Assembly: GCF_006345805.1 (NCBI RefSeq)
Contig: NC_042997.1
Span: 116,002,001-116,066,000, forward strand
Source of the DNA: Octopus sinensis
Taxonomy: Eukaryota
Direction: 5' to 3'
Length of the DNA stretch: 64,000 bases
Part shown: piece by piece, positions 40,470 to 52,873 of the stretch
How positions within the stretch are numbered: the first letter of the stretch is position 1
Layout: each line of letters begins with the position of its first letter
Made by a program: the position numbers and the translations under genes
Notes under the pieces: generated by a model
Databases searched by the model: none
Seen by the model: the letters and a program-made list of their open reading frames with translations, nothing else
What the model was told of the DNA's origin: nothing

Positions 40470-41026
40470 TTGAGTGAGAGAGCAGTGCATGCCATCAAAG
40501 TGACACTGGGGTACAAATATACGAAGCCCAGTATACCCATCATGACTACCCGTCTGATAAGGGTACACCAGGCACATGCATCACAACCATATGTGCGCGA
40601 CATGGTGATCTCATATCAAGATAAACAGCACATGACCTTGCAGGTGGGGCCCAGTTAGAATTTTCTTCAGGTTGAGTAGCCCATCCCGCTCAAAAGGTCC
40701 CTGAATAAGGGTTGTTTAAGAATGTTGAAAGAACCACCCATGTTTCCAGAGGTGAATCATTCAAACCCTAAAGAATCCCTCTCAACACATGGTTATGATG
40801 CTCCCCCACTACTTCTACTCGTGATCAGATTTGCACATATCGTCAGCCATTAAGGGACATGCTCAACTGGTTACGGTCAAACAACTGACAAGCAAATCTG
40901 TGGTATTGAGCAGAATATTTGCTGTAGCCCATCTTTTATACCAAGACAAAACAATATACATGATAACACTTCCAGTCAGTTAAGATCAGAAGCCATGAGA
41001 GCCGCTGCCTGGTACTGCATTAGGGC
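40470..41026 (-). mobile_element. Element X, longest copy (557 bp)
   Basis: Begins GCCCTAATGCAGTACCAGGCAG directly after (AAT)n and ends CTCTCTCACTCA-(AT)(AAT)n. Confidence 0.85.
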
Positions 41027-41030
41027 ATTA

Positions 41031-41103
<73 letters not shown>

Positions 41104-41167
41104 TATTATTATTATTATTATTATTATTTATCTATTATATTATTATTAATTATTATTATTATTATTA

Positions 41168-41199
<32 letters not shown>

Positions 41200-41298
41200 T
41201 ATTATTATCATCATCATCATAATTATTATTATTATTATATAATTATTACTATATTATTATTATTATTATCATTATTATTATTATTATTTTTATTATTA

Positions 41299-41343
<45 letters not shown>

Positions 41344-41689
41344 TATTATTATTATTATTATTATCATCATCATCATCATCATTATTATTATTATTATTAT
41401 TATCAGCAGCAGCAGCCTTAATACATCTTTAAAATGAAACACCTCACCCCTTTCGGCTTCGCCAATCCTTCCCGCTGCTTTCGCCATTACAACCACTTTA
41501 TAGTCGTCAGCACTAATATCGTTTTTCCTCTCCTTGTCTCTCGTTATCATCTCCTAACTTGACCTTTCACTAAAACGCCGCTGTAAACCCTCCACTTATT
41601 GATTGGGCCACCGCTACGTACGATAAGATTCATTATTTCCAGACTCCACTTCTTAGAAAGGGAATGTCACACGCACACACACACACGCG

Positions 41690-41725
<36 letters not shown>

Positions 41726-41760
41726 CACACATACAAACATCTATACATACATATATACAA

Positions 41761-41807
<47 letters not shown>

Positions 41808-41815
41808 ATATATAG

Positions 41816-41846
<31 letters not shown>

Positions 41847-42009
41847 GACATATAGGTATCGCACATATGTACAAATATATATTAAATATATATTATATAT
41901 ATATATATCTATATATATATATATATATATATCCACACATAATACACATAATATATATGTGTATATCTATCTATCTCTCTATATATTTATATGTATTCTT
42001 TTATTCTTT

Positions 42010-42414
42010 TATCCTTTTATTTGTTTCAGGCATTTGATTGCGGCCATGCTGGAGCACCGCCTTTAGTGGAGCAAATCGACCCCAGGACTTAGTCTTTGTA
42101 AGCCTAGTACTTATTCTATCAGTATCTTTTGCCGAACCGTTAGTGTTACGGGGACGTAAACACCACACCAGCATCGGTTGTCAAGCGATGTTGGGGGGAC
42201 GAACACAAACACACAAACACGCAAACATACATACACACACACACACAGAGACATATATATGTAGGACAGGTTTCTTTCAGTTTCCGTCTACCCAATCCAC
42301 TCACAAGGCATTGGTCGGCCCGAGGCTATAGTAGAATACACTTGCCCAAAGTACCACACAGTAGGACTGAACCTAGAGTCATGTGGTTGGTAAGCAAGCT
42401 CCTTACCACACAGC

Positions 42415-42415
<1 letters not shown>
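42010..42415 (-). mobile_element. SINE family A
   Basis: Both halves present with an internal (CA)n/(TA)n tract. Confidence 0.8.
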
Positions 42416-42491
<76 letters not shown>

Positions 42492-43290
42492 GTATGTATG
42501 TATGTATGATGTATGTATGTATGTATCTATATTTACACGCATATATATGCGTTATTAACGTAAATGTGACCATATTTATGCTATTCCGAAATGACTTTTT
42601 CCGTCCATTTGAACATTGAGAGCTGTCAGAGTCTCACTAAATAACCAAATTGAAAACTCTTTGGCGAAGGAAAAACATTAGTGCTCCAGCTGAAAACCCG
42701 ATAACTCAGCTACTGGCGAAAAACAAGAACAAAAAGAACTGGCGATTGTTGTAAATACTAAGGAGGCTGCTGATTGCTCTGCCACGCCCCAGAAAGACTT
42801 CCATTTGACCTCAACCGTTAACAAAAGTTACTATCTGATACAGGAAGCAGAATCCGTTGAATTGTTGCCGTGTTAATACATATATGATGTCTAGAGGCAT
42901 AAAGTATGTACGTTAAAATCATAAAACAATTGATATTTCTCGCTCTTTTCTTTTTCTGTTTTATGCAGTTGATGGATGGTGTGGGTGTCTAGACTCATAG
43001 TAAATCTAACAAGCTTTATGATATCTTGGTTTTAATGCACTTATGGCTTTCCATACATAATTCACTCTTGAGAGGACTTGGATGCTCATCAATAATACGT
43101 CAAAGTGTTTTTCATCAAAGATTGATTATCTTCGGTTTCTGACATTCGGTTTGTTCCACTTGGTGTCACAAATTCTGTCGACCAGACTTCTTAAAAAAAA
43201 CAAAAACAAAAACAAAAAACCCAGTTTCTTTTAGTGTTGCTGTATTGATAATTTCTGTGTTTTTAACAAAATTTCCGTAATATTAATAAT

Positions 43291-43712
43291 AGGCGCAGGA
43301 GTGGCTGTGTGGTAAGTAGCTTGCTTATCAACCACATGGTTCCAGGTTCAGTGTCACTGCGTGGCATCTTGGGCAAGGGTCTTCTACTATAGCCTCGGGC
43401 CGACCAAAGCCTTGTGAGTGGATTTGGTAGACGGAAACTGAAAGGAGCCCGTCGTATATATGTATATATATATATATATATATTATGTGTTTGTATGTGT
43501 TTATGTGTCTGTGTTTGTCCCCCTAGCATTGCTTGACAACCGATGTTGGTGTGTTTACGTCCCCGTAACTTAGAGGTTCGGCAAAAGAGACCGATAGAAT
43601 AAGTACTGGGCTTACAAAGGATAAATCACGGGGGCGATTTGCTCGACTAAAGGCGGTGCTCCAGCATGGCCGCAGTCAAATGACTGAAACAAGTAAAAGA
43701 GTAAAAGAGTAA
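43291..43712 (+). mobile_element. SINE family A, most intact copy
   Basis: AGGCGCAGGAGTGGCTGTGTGGTAAG (A-box-like) ..GGTTCAGTGTCAC (B-box-like).. CTTGGGCAAG central domain, (TA)n, 3' half, (GTAAAAGA)n tail. Other copies or halves at ~17048-17140, 18950-19055, 37940-38130, 48470-48665, 51100-51285, 55720-56125 and 58345-58690. Confidence 0.88.
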
Positions 43713-43715
43713 ACA

Positions 43716-44200
43716 TTAATATTCGTGTCTGTTATTTGCTCCGATTATGGCTGGTTCTGTCTGGAATTCTTTTTGGGTTATAATTCCTGTTTCTTTGTGT
43801 CTGTTGGAATCCTCGATTCCTAGATATTTCTGTGTTGAGGAAGAAAGGCTTTTAGATTCTTTTAGTGGAGTTGCTATGGTGTCTAAATATCTTTTGTTAT
43901 TTTGGCGTTTTTGGCGGATATAAATTTGATCTTTTGCTCCTTGTTTTACCGTTTGTGAATTATCTTTGTAGACTTTAAATTTCATCAGGAATTTCGTTTT
44001 ACTTTCTGTAAGTTATAATCTTTGAACCTGGCAGGTACTGTCTTGAAAACGAAGTGATTCTTCTAGTGGCGGTTATTACGTTGTCTAAATGTTCTAGAAT
44101 GTTCTGGTATTATTTTTCGTGTCTTGACGATTATGAAACAAACTGTGAAATATCAAAATATCATAATATTTTGATAAATGTTTTACAGTTTTTGAGGAAC
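43716..44200 (-). mobile_element. Possible highly degenerate RT-region fragment of an R4/Dong-like element
   Basis: Only the KYLGIEDS motif followed by HKE..II..KE resembles the end of R4-type RT. Confidence 0.3.
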
Positions 44201-44651
44201 GTTTCTTAGTTCTAACTTTCTTCAGGAATGGATCATCAGTTCATATCCCGGGATCACGTGATCGGCCAGACTATCCGATGTTGCTACACGTCACTGATCA
44301 CAATACGCTTCCTATCGTTTTAGTATTCGATTGACACCACCCCACTGACTAGGTGAGCAGGTCAACATTACCCACCACTGATCGGAAGGCTAGTCCGTCA
44401 CAGGGTGACCCATTTACGGTCGAGTGGACTGGAGCAACGTGAAATGTAGTGCTTTGCTCAAGAACACAACGCGTCGCCCGGTTAAAATTCGAAGAATTAA
44501 ACTACGTTAAACTTACAAATTACAATTTTGTTTTCAATTTTGTTTACAATAATGTTTTCTTTTGACATATTCTACCAGTATACGAAGTTTCAAATTGTTT
44601 AGTTAACTAGAAAATTCCGTCCATCAAAAGGGAAAGATCCATTATTGTTAT

Positions 44652-44700
<49 letters not shown>

Positions 44701-44819
44701 GTTATTATTATTATTATTATTGTTGTTGTTGTTGTTATTATTATTATTAATTATTATTATTATTATTATTGTTGTTGTTGTTGTTGTTGTTGTTATTATT
44801 ATTATTATTATTATTGTCA

Positions 44820-44860
<41 letters not shown>

Positions 44861-44879
44861 ATTATTATTATTATTATTA

Positions 44880-45370
44880 TTGAGTGAGAGAGCAGTTCAT
44901 GCCATCAAAGTGACACTGGGGTAAAATATACGAAGCCCAATATACCCATCATGACTACCCGTCTGATAAAGGTACACCAGGCACATGCATCACAACCATA
45001 TGTGCGCGACATGGTGATCTCATATCAAGATAAACAGCACATGACCTTGCAGGTGGGGCCCAGTTAGAATTTTCTTCAGGTTGAGTAGCCTATCCCGCTC
45101 AAAAGGTCCCTGAATAAGGGTTGTTTAAGGATGTTGAAAGAACCACCCATGTTTCCAGAGGTGAATTATTCAAACCCCAAAGAATCCCTCTCAACACATG
45201 GCTATGATGCTCCCCCACTACTTCTGCTCGTGATCAGCGATGCACATATCGTCAGCGACTAAGGGACATGCTCAACTGGTTAAGGTCAAACAACTGACAA
45301 GCAAATCTGTGGTATTGAGCAGAATATTTGCTGTAGCCCATCTTTTATACCAAGACAAAACAATGTACAT

Positions 45371-45372
<2 letters not shown>
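44880..45372 (-). mobile_element. Element X, 5'-truncated copy
   Basis: Matches 2815-3320; (ATT)n on both plus-strand flanks. Confidence 0.85.
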
Positions 45373-45435
<63 letters not shown>

Positions 45436-45900
45436 GTTGTTATTATTATTATTATTATCATTAAGGCAGCGAGCGAAATACTTAGCGATATTTCGTTGGG
45501 CGAAATACTTAGCGATATTCCTCCCGTCGCTACGTTCTGAGTTCAAATTCCGCCGAGATCGACTTTGCCTTTCATTCTCTCGGGTGTTCACAATCTAAGT
45601 ACCAGTTGAATACTGAGGTCGATATAATCGACTTGCTCCTCACCCGAAATTGCTGGCCTTGTGTCAAAATCTGAAACCAACATTTTGGTAACTAATTTGC
45701 TTCATTCGTCAAGTTACAAGGAAAGCAACCGAGCATTGAAAGCAGAGGCCATCGTGTTGCACCGTCTGAAGCCAACTTTCGGCCAGTTCTTTGATTCCAT
45801 GCTGATACCGGTTCTTCTCCGTCAAGGCGAAGAATTACTTCACTGAAGCTTCCAACTCCTCCGATTGATAAAGTGTTGCGAGCGAAGGAAGTGAGACATG

Positions 45901-45993
<93 letters not shown>

Positions 45994-47062
45994 GCCTGTC
46001 TATCTGTCTACTTATCATCTGTCATCACCATTCATCATCATTCATCATCCACTACCACCACCACAATCATCGTCATCGTTATCATTATCGTATCATTATC
46101 ATCATCATCATCATCATCATCATCATAGTCATCGTCGTTATCATCATCATCATCACTCATCATTATCACCACCACCACCACCACCCTCAGCATAGTTGTC
46201 GTCATTGTCATCATTATCACCATCATCATCATCATCATAGTCATCATTATCATGAACGTATCATCCTCATATCATTATCATTACCGTCATCATAATCATC
46301 ATCATAGTCATCATCATCATCGTCGTCGTCGTCATCATCGCTTCGTTATTTTTACATCCATTTCTTATCTATTTGTGTCTGCTTCTTGTTCAAGCGCCTG
46401 GTTTTGTCCAAGGGACACCTGACCTGTCTCTTCAGTCTCCATCTTCTGACGCTGTCTGGCAATAAGATGTGTCAGTTGTAGTTTGTCCAGCCTCCCTAAG
46501 CCTTTACTAAGACCTCTCGCCTGGCCACTGCCGTCTGGTCAGAATGGCGGCAAACCAAACAGCTGACGGTCCACACGACATCGTTTCTTTTGCGGCTGGA
46601 ACGCAAAACATTAACGACAACTGACTAATGGTTTCGATCACCACCACTACCACTACCACCACTGCCACCACCACCACCACTTCCACTACCACCACTGCTA
46701 CCACCACCACTGCCACCACCACCATTACCGCCACCACCATCACTGTCACCCCGTCGCCAGCACTAGAATGAGCTCCACTGCTGCCACCATCACCACCACC
46801 ATCACCACCACAATTGCCACTAGCACAACTACCATCACGATCACCAGCACCGCCATCACCAGCACCACCATCATCTACACCACCACCACTGCCACCATCA
46901 AGGTAAAGTGGATCTGAATGGGATTTGAACTCTCAATATAAAATAGAGATAACTAAATATTACAAAGCATTTTGTTCGACGCGCGATCTCAGTACGTCAG
47001 TGCAGGTAAAGATATAGGCGCGGCTTGAGTTTATAGGTGCAGGCGCGGCTGTGTGGTAAAAG

Positions 47063-47162
47063 NNNNNNNNNNNNNNNNNNNNNNNNNNNNNNNNNNNNNN
47101 NNNNNNNNNNNNNNNNNNNNNNNNNNNNNNNNNNNNNNNNNNNNNNNNNNNNNNNNNNNNNN
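47063..47162. other. Assembly gap (100 N), preceded by the start of a SINE A head
   Basis: Run of N; AGGCGCGGCTGTGTGG immediately upstream. Confidence 1.
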
Positions 47163-48695
47163 AAGAGGATAAGGCGACAAGTGAGACAGAAAGAGAGAGA
47201 AAGAAAAGATGGAGAGAGAAAAAGAGCGTCCATGACGTGTGGCAGGGGGAGCGTAATATTTATTACATAGTTAAAACAGTTAGCTGGAGGTAGTGAGGAT
47301 ATAGAGGAGGAGAGTTAAAAACATAATTTTAGCAGAGGAGTGATGTTCTGACGCTGAGGTTAAAGAAAGGCAAAGAGAGGGGAGAGAGGGAGAGAGAATG
47401 GAGAAAGAGGGAGAGAGAGGATGGAGAGAGGGAGATGATTATGATGATGGTGGTAGTGGAGATGGTGGAGGTGGCGGTGTTGTGTGGATAGTGAAAAGTG
47501 TATTTTTTAAAACTGAACTAAGTTTTTTATATCACCGATCACTGTTAAGTGATCATGCGTGTAAGTGAAATTCCGTGGTATATTCAGGCTTATTTACGTG
47601 GCAGATATATGTAATTTAACAACAGGTTGTATCATATGAATGGGATATGTTTTTTGTTTATGGGGGAAAATGGCAAAATATGTATGTATCTTATGAATGC
47701 TGTGTATTAAATCTATAAAATTGTGCATAAAGTATATAAAGTGCATTAAGTAATCATCGTATTCCAATTTCCCTCACTTTTCAAAGTATCGTAGATGAGC
47801 AATTATCTTTCAACACAGACACAACACAGGCTACGCTTTCAGGTTTTTAGATTAAGTTTTCAGAAATAACCCAATTGGTTTACCATTAATTCCGCGAAAT
47901 ATTCACGGGTCTCGCTAGTTACTAATTATTACATCAGAGGATCAGCTAAGTAGGAAACATATGTAGCACACACACACACATAAATGTGTGGTTATATAGA
48001 CGTCGATTTAGAGAATTGGCTGTCATAGACTAATTATTTGTGTAACCATAATGTTCCGGTAATCTGATGAGCTAGCTTTCTTTATTTGCATTAATTCGTG
48101 AATATACAATTATGTTGTATTATACTGAGCATACATATTCTTATAAAGATGTACGCATAATTTCTTCCCTGCTGAAATTAATACTATGTGAAAAGGTTGC
48201 GAAACAGCTGTAACCCAATGGGAGTCATGTGGTTAAATAAATATATATTCACCTAGCTAACCTCCTGCCTTTTATGTTTTTACACACACACACAGACACA
48301 GACACACACACACACACACACACACATACATACATACACACACACACATCTTATTTAATCGTTTATAAGTTGCACAATTTTCTACTTAATTTGAACTGAA
48401 AAAAAACTGGGGTGCGGCATACACGCGAGTGCTATTTATACATAATTAAAATCAATATATCTTTTATCTTTTACTTATTTCAGTCCTTCGTATGCGGCCA
48501 TGCTGGGGCACAGTCTTGAAGAATTTTTAGTCCAACGAATCGACCCCAGGACTTATTCTTTGTAAGTCTAGTATTTATTCTATCGGTACTTTTACCGAAC
48601 CGCTAAGTTACGAGGACGTAACACACCAGCATCGTTGCCAAGCGATGTTGGGGGGACAAACACAAACACATTACATATAGGACACACATACATAC

Positions 48696-48746
<51 letters not shown>

Positions 48747-48750
<4 letters not shown>

Positions 48751-48935
48751 GAAAGTTTACGAAAATAAACAAAAGACGAAGGCAGGTGGTGTACAAACAA
48801 ACAGAGTATCAGTATAGCGCTCAGAATAGAAAAAGTCTTTTACGTTGGCGAGCCTATGCTCTTCTAAGAAAGATACACAGAAAAAAAAAACAACGAGAGA
48901 AAAAAAATGTGTGTAGTAGCTAACGATCTATCATA
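48747..48935 (-). mobile_element. Family H element (degenerate core)
   Basis: Homologous to 16171-16340; flanked by (TA)n on both sides. Confidence 0.7.
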
Positions 48936-48942
48936 TATATAT

Positions 48943-49037
<95 letters not shown>

Positions 49038-49170
49038 AATATTATATAAATATATATATAATATAATATATATATATATGTTATATATATATATATATTA
49101 ATATATGATTATATATTATATTTATATATGAAAATAGATATATATATAATATATATATATATATGTATGT

Positions 49171-49202
<32 letters not shown>

Positions 49203-49248
49203 GATATATATATATATATATATATATATCTATATATATATATATATA

Positions 49249-50064
49249 CTTTGATAGGTTTCGGCCATTATTGCCCAGGCCAGTCTAATTAATAGCACAC
49301 CTGGTGAAGTCTTTCAAGTCAGAATTGGGCACTATGGCCCACTCAAGTAGAGAGTTATTGTTTACAGAGACATATCCGGGTGTAGGGGGTTTATCCGGGA
49401 TTTCTTGAAGGAATCTGTCCAAAGACTTCTTGAACCCTATAGGGTCAGTTTCTGTTTTAATGTGTTTTGGTGTAATGTTAAAGAGAGCGGGGCCAATTGA
49501 GGTGAAAAATTGTGCCGTAGTATTGTTGTTATGAGATGAGAGTGCGATTTTTGTTTTGGGCGGATGGCAGGGCCCAAGCCTTGGATGTACCTTGAAGGTG
49601 ATGCCAACATCATTTGGGCAATGCTGATGGAATATTTTCCACATCATGCAGATGATGTAGCGCTCACGACGACGTTGGAGAGAATAGAGTTTTAGCTTTT
49701 CTAGTCAACCCCAATAGTCGAGGCCTGTCATGCCATCTATCTTTTTTGTGATTGCCCTTTCAGTGCTTCAATTTTATGATACCTGTATGTGTGGGGAGAC
49801 CACAGTGGACAACAGTATTCAAGGTGGGGTCGGGCAAAAGTGGAGAAGAGAAGGATAATGGTGTGGATATCTCTCGACTGGAAAGTTCTGAGAATCCAGG
49901 AACACATTCTGCGGGCCATGTCAACTTTGGTGTTTATATGAGTGGCCCAGCTTATGTTGTTGTCCACAATTACTCCCAAGTCTCTGATGTTGTTGGACGC
50001 CGCGAGAGTTTCACCTGAAGGAAGGGAGTATGGGAGTTTCAGGGCATCCTCTTTTCCAAAGATG
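49249..50064 (-). mobile_element. CR1/L2-group LINE 3' fragment
   Basis: IRDLGVIVDNNISWATHI..WILRTFQSRD..RPHLEYCCPLWSP..LKLYSLQRRRERY..FKKSLDRFLQEIPDKP..NNSLLEW, with frameshifts. Confidence 0.85.
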
Positions 50065-50283
50065 TATAATATTTGCTAGAAATAACAGTAAAAACGTTAA
50101 CATATACACGAATGAAGTTAATATGAAAACATTCGCGAGCAAATTGAATGTTTAAAAGCTACGAACAAACAAACCAACAAGACTTGCTAGAAATAACAAA
50201 CAAAACATTGTTTAAAACAGACTTTAGTTTAAAAAATTCAAGAACGAAAGTTTGCTATACACTCAAATATTTTATACAATAAA

Positions 50284-50476
50284 CTAGCTGGCCCCGTGCC
50301 ATTGCACACACACACACACACATCTCTTTTACAAACACACACATATTCACAGAGTTGAAACGCTCCCACTCCCAGTTTGCCATCACCTCTTTGTTCCTTA
50401 TTCATCTATCACCCCTTCCTTACTCATTCATATGTTGTGACGGAGAAATACACAAGAATATTATTATAGTAGAAGA
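50284..50476 (-). mobile_element. Short non-autonomous Helitron carrying (TG)n
   Basis: Minus strand A|TCTTCTACTATAATAA 5' end; GTGC-AATG-GCAC hairpin then CTAG|T. Confidence 0.55.
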
Positions 50477-50787
50477 TTATCTTTGTCGTATCTCCTTCTC
50501 CTTCTTGTGTGCATGTGCAGCATCTTTCGTTACTGTGGAAACAGAGTTTTTCGCCACGGTGATGTGTAAAATACTCGCTTCTTATTGGCTAAAATACCCA
50601 AATTATGCAAATTTTAAAGGCTAATAACTTTTTAACTATGGATTTATAGAAAAATTAATTTCATTTTCATAATCAGTATACAAAACTTAATCCATATGCC
50701 AGATTTGAAAGCAACAAAATTGTATTTGGTTTTTGGATTTGGTTTGCAAGATTCTTTATATGAGTTCGTGTGTTGAAGCATATTCTG

Positions 50788-51054
50788 TTGTGTCTTGGGA
50801 GAGTCATTTTCTTTTTGTGCCGTATAATGTAACACAGTCATCGGTAAAATTTCCACTTATTTCATATTTTTATTTTTCTAAAATTTTCGTTGCGTCTTGC
50901 AAACTTTTTAATAATCTTGACTCAAGACTATTGAAAAGGTTGCAAGATGCAACAAAAATTTTAGGAAAATAAAAATAAGAAACAAGTGGAAATTTTACCT
51001 GTGACTGTGTTATATTTTAAGGCACAAAGAGAAAATGACTCCCCACAGACACAA
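50788..51054. repeat. Fold-back palindrome, ~133-bp arms, centre CTTGA-C-TCAAG at 50921
   Basis: The arms are imperfect reverse complements, with a 1-nt spacer. Confidence 0.9.
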
Positions 51055-51602
51055 GAGAACAAAATGGTAAAAACTGGCGAAAACCACGAAGACCCTAGAC
51101 ACACAAATACATACACACATATATACGACGGGCTTCTTTCAGTTTCCGTCTACCAAATCCAAGTGTCTTCTACTAGGATCAGCCCGAGTACATAGTAGAA
51201 GACACTTGTCCAAGATGCCAAACAGTGGGACTAGACCCGGAACGATGTGGTGGAGAAGTAAGCTGCTTACCACACAGCCACGCCTATAACTTCTAAAGGT
51301 TTTGTCGACTTGCTGAGCAATAAACTAATAGAAAAACCCTCGATATTAACATATAGAATCAGCTCGAAATTTTGATCTCACAAAGCTCCAGGAACTTCGT
51401 AAAAAGTTGAGTAAACGCCAAGAGGAATAAAGGCTGCCGGGGAAGCAATATATTACAAGAGAACAATCTTCACAAAACATGTTTCTACTTTTTAATTAAA
51501 TTATGTCGTGCTTGTATTTTATAGGTGGCGCTCACTGTGATCTTTGAAACATACAAGGAATATAATGGGTGGTCTCCGATTTACAACCACCATGATGTGG
51601 TG

Positions 51603-51691
<89 letters not shown>

Positions 51692-52873
51692 GTATATATA
51701 CATTTTGTTTGTATGGATATATATATACACACACATATATATATATATCTAATATATATATATGTGTGTGTATATATATATATACATGTATATATATATA
51801 TACATATATATAATATAAGTATATATATATATTAATATATATATGTATATATATATATTATATATATTTATTTATTGTATATATGTAAATATACATACTA
51901 CATACATACATATATATATATAGATAGATAGATAGATATAAGCTAATACCACTCTTGTGTCCGTCCTCACGTTTCGTTTTTTCTTTTTTATTCATTTATT
52001 CGAACTGTTTGTTTATTTGAATTAACTGTGTGTGTGTGCGCGCGTGTGCGTACGTGCATGCATGAACGTATGTGCGTGTGTGAGTAGAGATATATTTACA
52101 TTCACACAGACACACACACACACACACACGAACACACACACACACAGATATACACAACACGCACGTATCAACAATTTTTCATATGCTTCAGTCATGCGGT
52201 TGTGGTCAAACTGGAGCACACACATACATGCACACACACACACAAACATATACACACATGCATACATACAGACATATGAGCATATATTTATCATTAAGAT
52301 TACCGTTTAATGCGTTAATGAAATTAATTCGTTGCGCTTTTCTATGTTCTCCCAATGTTAGCTGCCTGCCCCCATATATATAATATATATATATATTATA
52401 TATATATATATATAAATATATATATATATATTATATATATATATATATATATAATATATATATTATATCATACATATATATATATATGTATAAAAAATAT
52501 ATATAAAAATACAAAATCGGACAAGAACGCAAAACATACCTACATATATATATATACATATACATATATATATATATGTGTGTGTATATATATATGTATA
52601 TGTATATACGTATATATATGCATCTATGTATATATACATATGCATATATGTCTATATATACACATATATATGTATCTATGTATATATATATATATATATA
52701 CACATACATATACATATATATTTATCTATGTATATATACATGTATATACATATATATGTATATATGCATATACATATATATATACATATGTATATATATA
52801 TATATGCACTTATATATATAAATATATGTACATACATATATGTATATATATATATATATGCTTATAAGGTAGA

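Noticed and set aside
43000-43150. Possible mariner HTH remnant (IFDEKHFDVL-IDEHP-like), and short TIR-like fragments at ~9585, ~16694 and ~48415
   Set aside because: Similarity is too short and degenerate to support boundaries without alignment tools.
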